This document shows positions 11,861 through 25,186 of a stretch of 64,000 bases of DNA, in pieces. The position numbers and the translations under genes are program-made. Under the pieces are notes generated by a model that worked only from the letters and a program-made list of their open reading frames with translations, was not told where the DNA came from and ran no database searches. Each line of letters begins with the position of its first letter. The stretch's first letter is position 1. The stretch is from Octopus vulgaris (lineage: Eukaryota): positions 75,330,001-75,394,000 of the forward strand of contig OX597824.1 in assembly GCA_951406725.2 (NCBI GenBank). Direction: 5' to 3'.

Positions 11861-11905
11861 GCCAAAATATTTTCGTCGCTTTGAGACCGCGACCTCTTCA
11901 CTGAC
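11861..11905 (-). ncRNA. Hammerhead motif with G at position 3
   Basis: Minus strand reads GTCA-GTGAAGA-G-GTCGC ggtctcaaa GCGAC-GAAA-ATAT-TT-TGGC; palindromic stem III AATATT. Confidence 0.55.
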
Positions 11906-11989
11906 AAAATTTTAAATGGCTTATAAACACCTTCCAGATCAGGTCACTTGCTATGCAAGTACATCTCTGTAATATCCTTAAATCCTTAA

Positions 11990-12295
11990 AAATGTTTTAA
12001 CCCGAAGGCCGCGGCCATGCTGGGGCATCACCACTGAATGAGCTACACTAATATGTGAATCTACCTCTGATACGTGGCACTTGGTCAACAAGGGAGTTCG
12101 ATGCTGCTGCCCGCATCTGCGTCTCCTGTCGTGAGGTAGGTTCATCTGGGACTCCCGACAAGAAGAGATCCAGTTTAGTTTTAAAGAAACCCACATCCAC
12201 ACCATGCAAGTCTCTCAGGCATTTAGGGAGGATGTTAAAGAACTGTGGTCCTCTGAAACCCAAGCTGTTGCAGTATCTGGACCTGTATTTTGATG

Positions 12296-12300
<5 letters not shown>
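11990..12300 (-). mobile_element. CR1/L2-like LINE 3' end
   Basis: [47 protein letters not shown]; homologous to 30665-31025. Confidence 0.7.
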
Positions 12301-12344
<44 letters not shown>

Positions 12345-12366
12345 GAATAAAGCGTTACTATGTATG

Positions 12367-12398
<32 letters not shown>

Positions 12399-12424
12399 TG
12401 TATGTATGTATGTATGTATGTATG

Positions 12425-12479
<55 letters not shown>

Positions 12480-12960
12480 CAAAGATGGGACAAGAATGTA
12501 AAACATTTAGACAGTTAGGTGATACAAAAAAGGGACAACAAAACATCCAGACAGACAATGCAAAGAAAACAAGGACGGGTCATTTGGAGTTTTCTTTCCT
12601 CAGTCGAGTTCCAGATTATCTTTGTAATTTCGGCTAGTTATACTCGAGGTTGCTCTAATCTGGCCAACCCCAAGGAATAACTAAGCTAAGAGCACTAGAT
12701 TCCTTGGAAGAAAGCAGCGAATGTATACGAATACAAAGACGGGACAAAAAAACGGAGAAATGTTGTACAAATAGAAATAACAGGACATCAACAACGAGCG
12801 TCTTTCGACTAAGGACGAATTAAATTAAGCTGGCGTGTGTGGAGGTAAAGCTTTACGGCAGGGACATAAGTTTTGACAGGCACAGGGGGGGAATATAGAT
12901 GTTGCACGGATGGTAGTCGAACTAAGAAAGAAAGGTCAGGCTTGGCCGAACACGGGTCAT
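12480..12960. mobile_element. Dispersed non-coding repeat (family B) adjoining (TA)n
   Basis: Homologous to about 34785-35250 and 43590-43935 (ttagattccttggaagaaagc..gaatgtatac). Confidence 0.65.
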
Positions 12961-13365
12961 GTGAGGAGAGACGAGAGAGAGAGAGAGGTAGAGGCAGAGT
13001 GATAGAAGAATTAAGGAGGGGTGAGAAAAAAGGGAAAGGGACAGAATGAAGTGAAAGAGGAGTGAAGGTGAGCATGAAGGGAAGCCCAGGAAATGTAAGA
13101 GAGGGGAAACGAAAGAGCGAAGAGTGGAATGAACGAAGTGTGAAGGAGCTGAGAGAATGAAGGAAAGACTGAAAGAATAGAAAGAATTATTGAGTCGTAC
13201 AAAATTTAGATACACACATATAAGAGACCAAAGTGTACGTACGCCACTATATTTTTATATATAAAAAATACAAAAAATGGGACAAGAACGCAAAACATCT
13301 AGGTAGTTGGGTGATAAAAAAAAAGGGACTATGTATGTATGTTGTGTGTTTCTGCACACACACAC

Positions 13366-13413
<48 letters not shown>

Positions 13414-13419
13414 AAACGC

Positions 13420-14060
<641 letters not shown>

Positions 14061-15167
14061 AACCGATATATATACATTTCTATTGAATTTAGAGTTCATT
14101 ACATCTTTTTACATAATATAATGATGTCCGTTTCATTTGTATCTATAATTTCGCAGGTTTCAGTCTTCTTTTGTCTTGGCAACATATTCTATTACTTCGT
14201 AATCCCTTCTCTAAGTAATCCTTGTAAATTCTTTACCATTTACTCCTAATTCTTCCTCGACCAAAAGACTTCGTTGCTTTCTTCTTCACACGAAATCTTT
14301 TAAGCATAAATAGTGTAATATCATTAGCTTTATCTATTGTTCACTAATTCAATTTTTTCGTTACTGCTGAAAATCTTCCAAATCATTAGGATTATTTAAA
14401 ATCCGTTGTTTAATGATATTGCTATTTAAAAAACAACTTTTTGAATACGTTTTCTGACTAATTCAAATGATTTATTTGTCCGTGTAGCGAATTTAATAAT
14501 CTTAAATTTATTATTTGCTTCTGTAAAATACCTCTCCTAATGTTATCTTTCTGTCTAATTTATTCCTATATTTTTAAAGCTAATCTTATTTTCGTTGCTA
14601 CGTTTCCGTGCTTTCTTCCCACCAACAACTGGATTAAGCTTGTATTAATGGAAAATAAAGAAAGAAAGAAAAAAAGAGGTGGCAGAATATGATGCAATAA
14701 ATGTTCTACACTATTAGTTACATTTTCGTAAATTCTGAATACAATTTTTCTTTTCTTTGATAAATCAATTAAGCGAATGGGGGTGGGTAGATTTGTAGGG
14801 TGGGATATTGTAGCCGTGAGAAGAGTAGGAATGTGGAATATTCTAGATATGTCCGGAGAAAGTGGTAGGCAGCTAGCTCCTTCAGAAGAGAGTAGTGGCC
14901 GTTATAGTAGCAAGCACTCGAAATTCCACATAGAAAGATTACAGTTATCACAAATACGCAGGAACTTAGAGGCCCTTAAGGAACTAGAAATCTGTTTTGA
15001 AATATTGGTCTAAAATTTTGGCACTAGGACAGCAATTTTAGGGGGGAGGGTTAAGTCGATGACATCGACCCCAAGGTGCCACGCAATGGGACTGAACCCG
15101 GAACCATGTAGTTGGGGAGCAAACTGCTTACAATACAGACACGTTAAAATGCAATAATATGATCAAT

Positions 15168-15550
15168 GAGGAGGCGCAATGGTCCAGTGGTTAGGGCAGC
15201 GGACTCGCGGTCGTAGGATCGCGGTTTCGAATCCCAGACCGGGCGTTGTGAGTGTTTATTGAACGAAAACACCTAAAGCTCCACGAGGCTCCGGCATGGA
15301 TGGTGGTGATCCCTGTTGTACTCTTTCACCACAACTTTCTCTCACTCTTACTTTCTGTTTCTGTTGTACCTGTATTTCAAAGGGCCGGCCTTGTCACTCT
15401 CTGTGTCACGCTGAATATCCCCGAGAACTACGTTAAGGGTACACGTGTCTGTGGAGTGCTCAGCCACTTACACGTTAATTTCACGAGCAGGCTGTTCCGT
15501 TGATCGGATCAACCGGAACCCTCGTCGTCGTAACCGACGGAGTGCTTCCT
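15168..15550 (+). mobile_element. Full-length tRNA-derived SINE (octopus OR-like)
   Basis: A box tggtccagtgg, B-box-like ggtttcgaatccc; 13-bp TSD TAATATGATCAAT (15155-15167, 15551-15563); near-identical copies at 17834 and 36365. Confidence 0.9.
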
Positions 15551-15964
15551 TAATATGATCAATAAATATACTTCAGCTTTTTATTTCAAGCATTCTTACT
15601 TCAACCACCTCAAAGTCCTGCCCTCGTTCTCGTGTGCTAGTTTCTATGTCCCAATGACCCTGAGACCTGGACAGGTCAAAGTATAGGGATCAGATGAATA
15701 AGGACCCCCCTCTTCCTAGAGGTGAAAATGATTTTGCATAAAGCCAATACTTCTACCTAGAAAAACAGTAAAGTTACTGATACATCGATGGCAATTCAAA
15801 TCTAATAAGACCTAGGAGAGAAAGGCTTTAACTATGGAGAGACAGTCCAGGGTCGAGAACTGTGAAGAAAATTTGTCGATTACCTATGCGCTACAGAGAG
15901 AGAAAAAGATTGCACCTAGAAAGTTACCCTCCGAAGCAGAAGTCTCGGGCAATGTTGTTTATGG

Positions 15965-16197
15965 AAGATCAGTCACCCATGCATACCAGCCTCTCCTCTC
16001 CACGCCTGTTATCCAAGGGAAAGGCAAAGACCGGTACATCTTGGCACCAGTGATGTCGTCATTCATTTCTACAGCTGAGTGAACTGGAACAACGTGAAAT
16101 AAAGCTCAAGAACACAATACACAGCTCGATCTGCGAATTGAACTCACTCCCTCTTGGTTGTGAACCCGACGCTCTAACCACTGACCCATGCGCCTCC
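15965..16197 (-). mobile_element. Diverged SINE
   Basis: cagctgagtgaactggaacaacgtgaaat block and a tRNA-like head ending gcgcctcc. Confidence 0.6.
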
Positions 16198-16450
16198 GCT
16201 TAGACAGAGAAAAGTTTAAGTAAATCACATGAGTAAAGTATTCTTACTTCAAGTTTGCAACCCTGTTTCCCAAGATGTACCTAATTCTATGTATTTGTTT
16301 TGCAAGATTCCTGATGTGAAATCGTGTGTTAAAACAGATATTGTTATATTATATTTTGGGACGGTCACTTTTTCCTTGCCAAATAAACACACGCACTATT
16401 CATTCGTTCTTCACTCGTTTATTACCGTTCTTATTTTATCTTATGTCCAT

Positions 16451-16495
16451 TGTCTGGAAATCTTTCATCACACACCTGGGACCTTTTCAGCGACT
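16451..16495 (-). ncRNA. Decayed hammerhead motif (family D)
   Basis: CTGAAAA-G-GTCCC..GTGAT-GAAA-GATTTC; homologue of the better-preserved copy at 32699. Confidence 0.4.
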
Positions 16496-16735
16496 GTCTG
16501 TCCTTGTTTGTTCCCTCTGCGTTGAGCCCCTTGTGGGTAGGAAAGAAATGGGTATTCCGTCTGTCTTTATGTTCTGAGTTCACATTCCGCCGAGGTCGAT
16601 GTTGCCTTTCACCCTTTCGGGATCGTGTAAATAAGTACCAGTTACGCACTGGGGTCAATGTAATCGACTTAATCCCTTTGTCTGTCCTTGTTTGTACCTT
16701 CTATATTTTGTGCTCTGTGGGCAATAAAGAACTAA
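16495..16735 (+). mobile_element. SINE of the 6832 family, permuted (tail-body-tail)
   Basis: Contains the same tail-to-body junction, aaagaaatgggtattccgtc. Confidence 0.8.
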
Positions 16736-17138
16736 ATATGAACAAAGTCCAGCACATTTTACAGGGATATAAACAAAAAAAGCCATACCATTGGATATGC
16801 GTGTGTGTATGTGTATTTGTTTGTTTGTGTGTGTGTGTGATTTGTATGTACGTATATGTGTGTGTTTGTGGTCCCCCTCCCCCAGCTTGATACCCGGTGC
16901 TGATTCGTTTACGTCCCCATTACTTAGCGGTTCGGCAAGCTACTTACCACACAGCCACTCCTGCGCCTATGTATTGTTATTATTATTATTTTTTTTTGCT
17001 GAATAAAATTTGTTGAAAAAAAAGCCGCACGAACCCAATCCATGTTCATAGCAACGGAAATTTTTTAAAGAGAATACTTGTTCCAAATATTTTTATCTAG
17101 ATTGAACCTCATAAGGAAATTTGCCGAGTGAATCCAAC

Positions 17139-17314
17139 ATCATCATCATCATCATCATCATCATCATTTAGCGTCCGTTTTCCATGCTAGCATGGGTTGG
17201 ACGGTTTAACTGGGGTCTGTGAAGCCGGAAGGCTTCATCAGGCTCCAGTCTTATCTGGCAGTGTTTCTGCGGCTGGATGCCCTTCCTAACGCCAACCACT
17301 CCGTGAGTGTAGTG
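17139..17314 (-). mobile_element. SINE 3' part with Meta-domain-like core and (GAT)n tail
   Basis: Minus strand reads ggcgttaggaagggcatccagccgcagaaac...atggaaaacggacgctaaa(tga)n. Confidence 0.6.
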
Positions 17315-17515
17315 GGTGCTTTTACGTGCCACTTGCACAGGTGTCAGACAGAGCTGGCAAACGGCCACGAACGGATGGTGTTTTTACGTGCCACCGGCAC
17401 GGGAGCCAGGCGAGGCTGGCAACGGACACGAACGGATGGTGCTTTTACGTGCTACCGGCACGGGGGCCAGGCGAAGCTGGCAACGGACACGAACGGATGG
17501 TGCTTTTACGTGCTA
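17315..17515. repeat. 61-bp GC-rich minisatellite, about 3.3 copies
   Basis: Units start at 17315, 17377, 17438 and 17499 (ggtgcttttacgtgc...cacgaacggat). Confidence 0.9.
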
Positions 17516-17833
17516 TGAATTGCAAAAGTCCGCGGAAACATACAAGTCTTTTCTATATGAATTTTCGTGCAAACTATGTACAAATGACGATACACAGCTA
17601 GATGTCCTACTAAAAAAATGTTTGTGAATTCAACCAGGAAATTATGAAACGAGAACGGTACGAAAGAAATTGGGTCAAATTACAAAGAAACGAGTTAATT
17701 CTTAATGACAGCATTTTTTAAGAATCACCCTAACTTCAGAGCAATTAGGCCATAACCACCCATACAAATTCTTATACACACACACATGTGTGTGTGTCTG
17801 TGTGTGTGTGTGTGCTTGTACATGCGTGTATCA

Positions 17834-18222
17834 TGGGGGAAGCACTCCGTCGGTTACGTCGATGAGGGGTTCCGGTTGATCCGATCAACGGAACAGCCTG
17901 CTCGTGAAATTAACGTGTAAGTGGCTGAGCACTCCACAGACACGTGTACCCTTAACGTAGTTCTCGGGGATATTCAGCGTGACACAGAGAGTGACAAGGC
18001 CGGCCCTTTGAAATACAGGTACAACAGAAACAGGAAGTAAGAGTGAGAGAAAGTTGTGGTGAAAGAGTACAGCAGGGATCACCACCATCCATGCCGGAGC
18101 GTCGTGGAGCTATAGGTGTTTTCGCTCAATAAACACTCACAACGCCCGGTCTGGGAATCGAAACCGCGATCCCACGACCGCGAATCCGCTGCCCTAACCA
18201 CTGGGCCATTGCGCCTCCACCG
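17834..18222 (-). mobile_element. Full-length tRNA-derived SINE (15168 family)
   Basis: Reverse complement of the 15168 copy; 12-bp TSD ATGCGTGTATCA. Confidence 0.9.
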
Positions 18223-18427
18223 ATGCGTGTATCAACAGTGGAAATGTATAAAAATTTATTACTAGAAATAAGGCAATAGGTTAGCGTTCTCTGTTATGAA
18301 TTACAGCTTCACCATTATATTTAATGGAAATGAAGCGAACTGTAGAGATTACACAATAGAAAAAAATGAATCAAGGAAAATGGAAATAAAAAAAAACAGC
18401 TACTGACATTCCAAAGATCTCTATAAC

Positions 18428-18830
18428 AGGCGCAGGCTTCCTAACCACATGCTTCCGGGATCAGTTCCACTGCGTGGCACCTTGGCCAAGTGTCTTCCAC
18501 TATAGCCTCGGCCCGACTAAAGACTCTCGGCCCGACTAAAGACTTGTGAGTGGATTTGCAGACAGAAACTGAAAGAAGCCCGTCGAATATATATGTATAT
18601 ATCTATGCGTGTGTGTGTGTGTGTGTGTGTCTGTATCCCCCATCATCGCTTGACAGACGGTGTTGTTATGCTTACAACCCTGTAACTTAGCAGTTCGTCA
18701 AAAGAGACCGATAGACTAAGTATTAGGGTTACAAAGAACAAGTCCTGGGATCGATTTCTTCGACTAAAAACCCATTAAGGCAGTGCTCCAGCATGGCTGC
18801 AGTCAAATGACTGAAACATGTAAAAGAACG
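18428..18830 (+). mobile_element. CORE-type SINE
   Basis: Head, CORE-like gcaccttggccaagtg, internal (TA)(TG) tract and cagtcaaatgactgaaac tail. Confidence 0.8.
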
Positions 18831-19402
18831 AAAAAATATAAAGCAATTGAACATTCTGTGTTATACCTGTGTTTACAATAAAACATTTGTCTACGAGATA
18901 ATATTTTCTTCTATAGGCACAAGGCCTGAAATTTTGTGGCGAAAGGCTAATCGATAATATTGACCTCAAGCTCGAAATCATGAAAGGCAAAGTTGGCCTC
19001 AGAACGTAAGACCGGAAGAAACACTTCTAAGCATTTTGTCCGGCGCGATAACAATTCTTCTAGCTCACCGTCGTCTTTCATCTATGATAGATGATAACAG
19101 CAAACGTTAATCGAAAACAATATCTTGAAATTCCTAAATCTGTCCTAGACAAGAGATCGTTTATGTAGATTATTTATGTAGATGTTTGAAAAGTAGCAGA
19201 ATTTCTAGAAGTGGATCGATAAACAAGAGGACTCTACTAAATGACACGGTTTTTGTCCTTGAGTAGCAACTGTTATTTCCTGTTTATTTACCGCTAGAAA
19301 GTATGAAAAATGGCTAATATTTCTTTCAAATTTTGCTTTTGTTACATTTATTTAAACCCAACACATGATTATGATGGCTATTTATATTATTATTATTATT
19401 AT

Positions 19403-19875
<473 letters not shown>

Positions 19876-20537
19876 ATGTAAGAGAGTGTTTGCTTGTTTG
19901 TGTATGTGTGTGTGTGTGCGTGTGTGTGTGTGTATAAAATGCAATAAATACTCAAAACATGAAGCTACTGCATCTCTATTATTAGTTACCGTTGTTTCGG
20001 TACCACACCGTTTCTAGTTCCATTGTACCAGAAATGATTCCATGCGAAAAATTATGGAATATTTGTGGCTGTTAACATTGGCGTGGCACCTCATCAGACT
20101 ACAATGTAAGAGCACACGCACGTCATGAGGCTAGACTGATGAATGGCATTGCAATATAGTCAACTGCAGACATTTTGCAACTTTTCACGTTCACAGGCAA
20201 TTGCGTTAGAGACGGAGTATATTGAAACAATTGTGACAAATAATAAAGTTGTGCTAAATTCATTCTTTGCTTAATTGTATATGCTACACTCCGTAAGACT
20301 CACACACTGCTTTTGCCAGTGATGTGTCTGGAGATTCTACACCATTAGACTTTCAATTTTTGTCAAGGTTCCATTTCGAGAAGATAGCCAGGAATACACA
20401 GTGAGAGAGGGGGGGGGTAGATATACATACATACATACAAACATACATACATACATACATACATACATACACAAACTCACGCACGTGTATTAGAGCTCAT
20501 ACTGATCATACCGTTTCCAGCTTCAAGAAAACTCTAT

Positions 20538-20640
20538 CAATAATAATAATAATGATAATAATAATAATAATAATGATAATAATAATGATGATAATGATAA
20601 TAATAACAATAATAATAATAATAATAATAATAATATTAAT

Positions 20641-20690
<50 letters not shown>

Positions 20691-20851
20691 TGATGATGAT
20701 GATAATGATAATAATGATAATGATAATGATAATAATGATGATGATAATAATAATGATGATGATGATGATGATGATGATAATAATAATGATAATGATAATA
20801 ATGATGATGATGATAATAATATTAATCATAATAATAATAATAATCATAATC

Positions 20852-20885
<34 letters not shown>

Positions 20886-20912
20886 TGATAATGATGATGA
20901 TGATGATAATGG
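20538..20912. repeat. Compound (AAT)n/(GAT)n microsatellite
   Basis: Directly visible. Confidence 0.95.
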
Positions 20913-21321
20913 CAACAACAAAAACAACATCTTATAACAAAATTGGAAATGATAGTAACTTATAATAATAATTTTAATAGTAATCCCGTCTAATTACAAT
21001 AATATGGCGGATGTTAAAAATGAATTTTTTAATATTTTCCTGCTTCTGTCGAAATCTCTCAACGATAGACGGGTGGGCGGGAAGGAAGAGCAAAGAGAAA
21101 TTATTATTTTATCTGACAAAAAAAAAAAAATGAAGTAGAAGAGGCGTAATGTTAGAAAAAATAAATTGGTTTAGATGACGAATGATACATAATTAGCAGA
21201 TAATTAATTACTTAATTAATATCATGTTGCTATTGCAAACGAAATTCTGTGTCAGACAGTTCATACACAGTAAGGCCCTATGTGTGCATCTGTGTATGTG
21301 TATGTGTGTGTGTGTGTGTGT

Positions 21322-22460
21322 GTTACATCACGATACTGTTACACCCCATCGTGGTTGCATCAGTCTACTGTTACACCCTCATATCTGTTACATCACATCA
21401 ATGTTACACCTCAGTACTCTTGTATCCCTATTGTTCTATACCACTGCTACAATACTCTGGCGTTACGCTACAGTACGTTTACACCATATCCCTGTTACAC
21501 TAAGCCAGTGTTACATTACATCATTGTTACGCCATGCTACTGTTGCATCAGTCTAGTGTTACACCACAGCGCTAATTTAACCACAGCCGTATTCTTCTTC
21601 TTCTTCTTCTTCTTCTTCTTCTTCTTCTTCTTCTTCTTCTTCTTCCAATCAAGACTCACGCCATTAGCCACAAAGAATAAACTCTAATTCGAGCCTACTC
21701 TAAGCTACTAAGAATGCGTGTGGCAACTTGAAGATCCCCCCACCACACGCGATAGACTGGGGGTTGCACGAGCGTGAAAGACACATTGTTATCCCCATGC
21801 CATAAACGGTGGCTTTTAACGGGTGGAGAGCTGGAGTATTCGCAATCTAGACTAGAGTCTGAAAGTTTACCACACCATAGTGGGTTACACCATGGTTCCT
21901 CTGCTTTCTGTTAGAAGTAGGAAGAAAGAGTGAGAGAAAATTGTGGTGAAAGAGTACAGCGGGATTCACTCCCCACCCGCCGGATCCCCGTGGAGCTTAG
22001 GTGTTTTTGCTCAATAAACACTCACAATTCCCGGTCTGGGAATCGAAACCGCGTTCTTATGACCGCGAGTCCGCTGCCCTAACCACTGGGCCACTGCGCC
22101 TCCACAAAGCCGTATTATGCCACAGCAGGGTTACTTCATATCACTGATACAATGCTGTAGCGTTACACCTCATTTTGTTACGCTACATTACTCTTACACC
22201 ACACATTACCGTTACAGTAAATCACTGTGACATCAGAGTAATGTGATATCACTCTAATTTTATATCCCTGTTACATCACACCTCTGCCACATGACTCTAG
22301 CATTACACTACACACTGTTACACTGCAGTCATCTTACACCACACCTCAGTTACAGAACACCAGAGTTACACCACATGACTGTTACATTCTACCACTGTTA
22401 CATTCCATCATTGTTACATTCCACCACTGTTACATTCCACCACTGTTACATCACTGTAGC
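21322..22460. repeat. Degenerate 'ctgttacac' minisatellite interrupted by a SINE insertion
   Basis: gttaca motif recurs roughly every 18-20 bp in 21322-21590 and 22117-22460. Confidence 0.65.
21594..22107 (-). mobile_element. Chimeric SINE: 15168-family head, different body and (GAA)n tail
   Basis: TSD AGCCGTATT at 21585-21593 and 22108-22116 brackets the whole unit. Confidence 0.75.
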
Positions 22461-22728
22461 GATACATTGGGTTCTAATTCACACACAGCAATTTTGAGAC
22501 GTGTGGGGCTAGTCGATTACATTGAACCCAGTAATCAACTCGTATTTATTTTATTGGCCCCGAAAGCATGAACAGCAAAGTGGACCTCGGTGGAATTCGA
22601 AATCAGAACGTAAAGACGGACGAAATGCGGCAAAGCATTCTGCTCGGGTGTTAATGATTCTGCCAGCTCGTCGTCTACAGTAAGCATCGATTCTCCAAAT
22701 CAAAAAACATTCGCTGTAATATAAGCTC

Positions 22729-23011
<283 letters not shown>

Positions 23012-23111
23012 AAATGGTAAGACAACAAAAGAATGAAAGAGACCTCGATATTATGTAAATAGAGAAATTTATCTGTAAATTTAATATATGACAATTAATC
23101 AATAGACATGA

Positions 23112-23200
23112 TAAAACTCCGAGTTTCGGATGCCGAGGTGGAAAAGATTTTTTTCCCGATGACCGGATTTCCACCTCGGCATCCGAAACTCGGAGTTTTA
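23112..23200. repeat. Perfect 33-bp inverted repeat with a 23-nt loop
   Basis: taaaactccgagtttcggatgccgaggtggaaa / tttccacctcggcatccgaaactcggagtttta. Confidence 0.95.
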
Positions 23201-23230
23201 ATATGGTTACCGAATAATTGTAACATTTAC

Positions 23231-23281
<51 letters not shown>

Positions 23282-23286
23282 CATAC

Positions 23287-23337
<51 letters not shown>

Positions 23338-23372
23338 CATACATACATATATACATACATACATATACATAC

Positions 23373-23430
<58 letters not shown>

Positions 23431-23435
<5 letters not shown>

Positions 23436-25054
23436 TCAATTTGGCTAAAAGGGTATGCACCATTGTCTCGGATCCAAAAACACGAGAAATACGCCTTCAA
23501 GACCTCAAAAAAACACTATTACAACGCCAATATCCCTCCACCCTTATAGAGTATGGAATAAAACGCGCCAAAGAACTAGATAACATTACACTGAAAACTA
23601 CCCAACCCAACACCACACACAACCTCAAAATACTTCCATACATTTCCACCCACAACCCCAAAAATATCGAAGCATACACCACAATCATACAAAACCTCAG
23701 TCTACTGTCAACAGACCCCAAAATGAAAAACATTATAAATACACACAAAATCCTCAAATGTAAAAGGCAACACAAATCTTTAAAAAACTCTTGACAAATG
23801 CCAAACTTCACACACCACATCCACCCCCAGCAGTAAAAAAATGTGCACGCCCAAACTGTGGGACATGCCCCCTCCTACTTGAAGGTTCTGAATTTACCTT
23901 CAAACAAGGTACGAAGTTTAAAATCAAGACTAACTTCTCCTGTTCCTCCGAGAACCTTATCTACGTTCTCACATGCGCTGGTTGCCAACATAATTATGTA
24001 GGACAAACGAGTCTCCCGTTACGTAAACGAGTAGCGGTGCATAAAGAACAAATAAATCTCCCGGAATACCGACAAATTCCACTGAGTGGCCACATAGACT
24101 CATGCGCTAAAGACTTAAACCCCAAATTCTATATATTCCCCTTCTACCAATGTAAAGACGGCATCACCACACAGGAGAAAATTAACAAGGAGAATCTCTT
24201 TATTGAAAAATTCCAAACACAACTTAACATACAAACTCCTCGTTGATCAAACTTCCCTTTTCTACCTCATTCTTCATGGATGGACCCACACAAATATATA
24301 AGGATACCATAGATTCATCACTTCAAGCAAAAACATATACTCTTTAAATATCATTTTTACTATTGTTGTTATTACCATCATCTTTGTTATTTATGATATA
24401 ATAATCTGAAATGCAATTGTCTATGCAAATTTATATAATTAGAAAATAATATAAATAAAGTGTTAAAATCTGAAAGTTAAATTAACAAACAATTATATAA
24501 AAAAGATAATGCAAATGAAGCTAAAATGACAATTTTATAATTTGGGGTTTATCAGCAGCTTTTATTGAAGAACTCAAAAGAGTTGTCTCCCCTTATTCAC
24601 AACACGGGAACTGAAGAACCACAATTACTACTACTTCCTGTTTTGCCAACATCCTAAATTAAACCAAACAACACATGGCCTTAATCCCATTGGATCCTAA
24701 TACCTCAAGGTAATTTTTTCATGAACAATCATTAAACTCAAGATACACAACGAACTCACAATGTATCGGAGTACTTATTTTTTAATTTTTATACATATTT
24801 ACTACTATTATTCTTTTGCAAAAAACAATGCAACTTTTTTTCCCCTTTCTCATTTTTAAAAACCTTTTCACCTAACTATTCTTGATAAGTCAAACTATGA
24901 CGAAAACCGGTTTGAATAAATATATATTTATATATTTTTTCATTTTCTCAATTCATTAAAATTTTCTTTCAATCGAGCATTCTGCATTTTTACAATTTTT
25001 CATTGCTTATTATTTCTCCACGTGTGGTCAACACAACCCCACCATTTATTGATC
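23431..25054 (+). mobile_element. Penelope-like (Neptune-type) element, 3' fragment: RT thumb, Cys linker, GIY-YIG and 3' UTR; frameshift near 23790
   Basis: [13 protein letters not shown]...; KCARPNCGTC; NLIYVLTCAGCQHNYVGQT (stop at 24246); aligns with the 45433 ORF; (TA)n at both ends. Confidence 0.9.
24877..24918 (+). ncRNA. Minimal type I hammerhead, U3-A8 variant, in the Penelope 3' UTR
   Basis: TATTC-TTGATAA-GTCA aacta TGAC-GAAA-ACCGGT-TT-GAATA; palindromic stem III AACCGGTT. Confidence 0.75.
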
Positions 25055-25146
25055 TATATATATATATATATATAGGGAAAATGTGTTGTTGAAAATGCAC
25101 CTAAATTTCAAAAACTCGTATTTAAAATACATTTATTTACTTATAT

Positions 25147-25186
25147 ACCAAACTAGTTTCAACAATATTTTTTGTTTATCAATGGT
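25147..25186 (-). ncRNA. Minimal type I hammerhead, U3-A8 variant
   Basis: Minus strand reads ACCA-TTGATAA-ACAA aaaata TTGT t-GAAA-CTAG-TT-TGGT; palindromic stem III ACTAGT; GUU triplet. Confidence 0.65.

Noticed and set aside
15168-15245. tRNA gene
   Set aside because: A tRNA-like SINE head without a proper acceptor stem, continuing into a SINE body with a TSD.
17217-17243. CTGATGA plus hairpin on the minus strand as a hammerhead
   Set aside because: No GAAA or stem III follows the hairpin.
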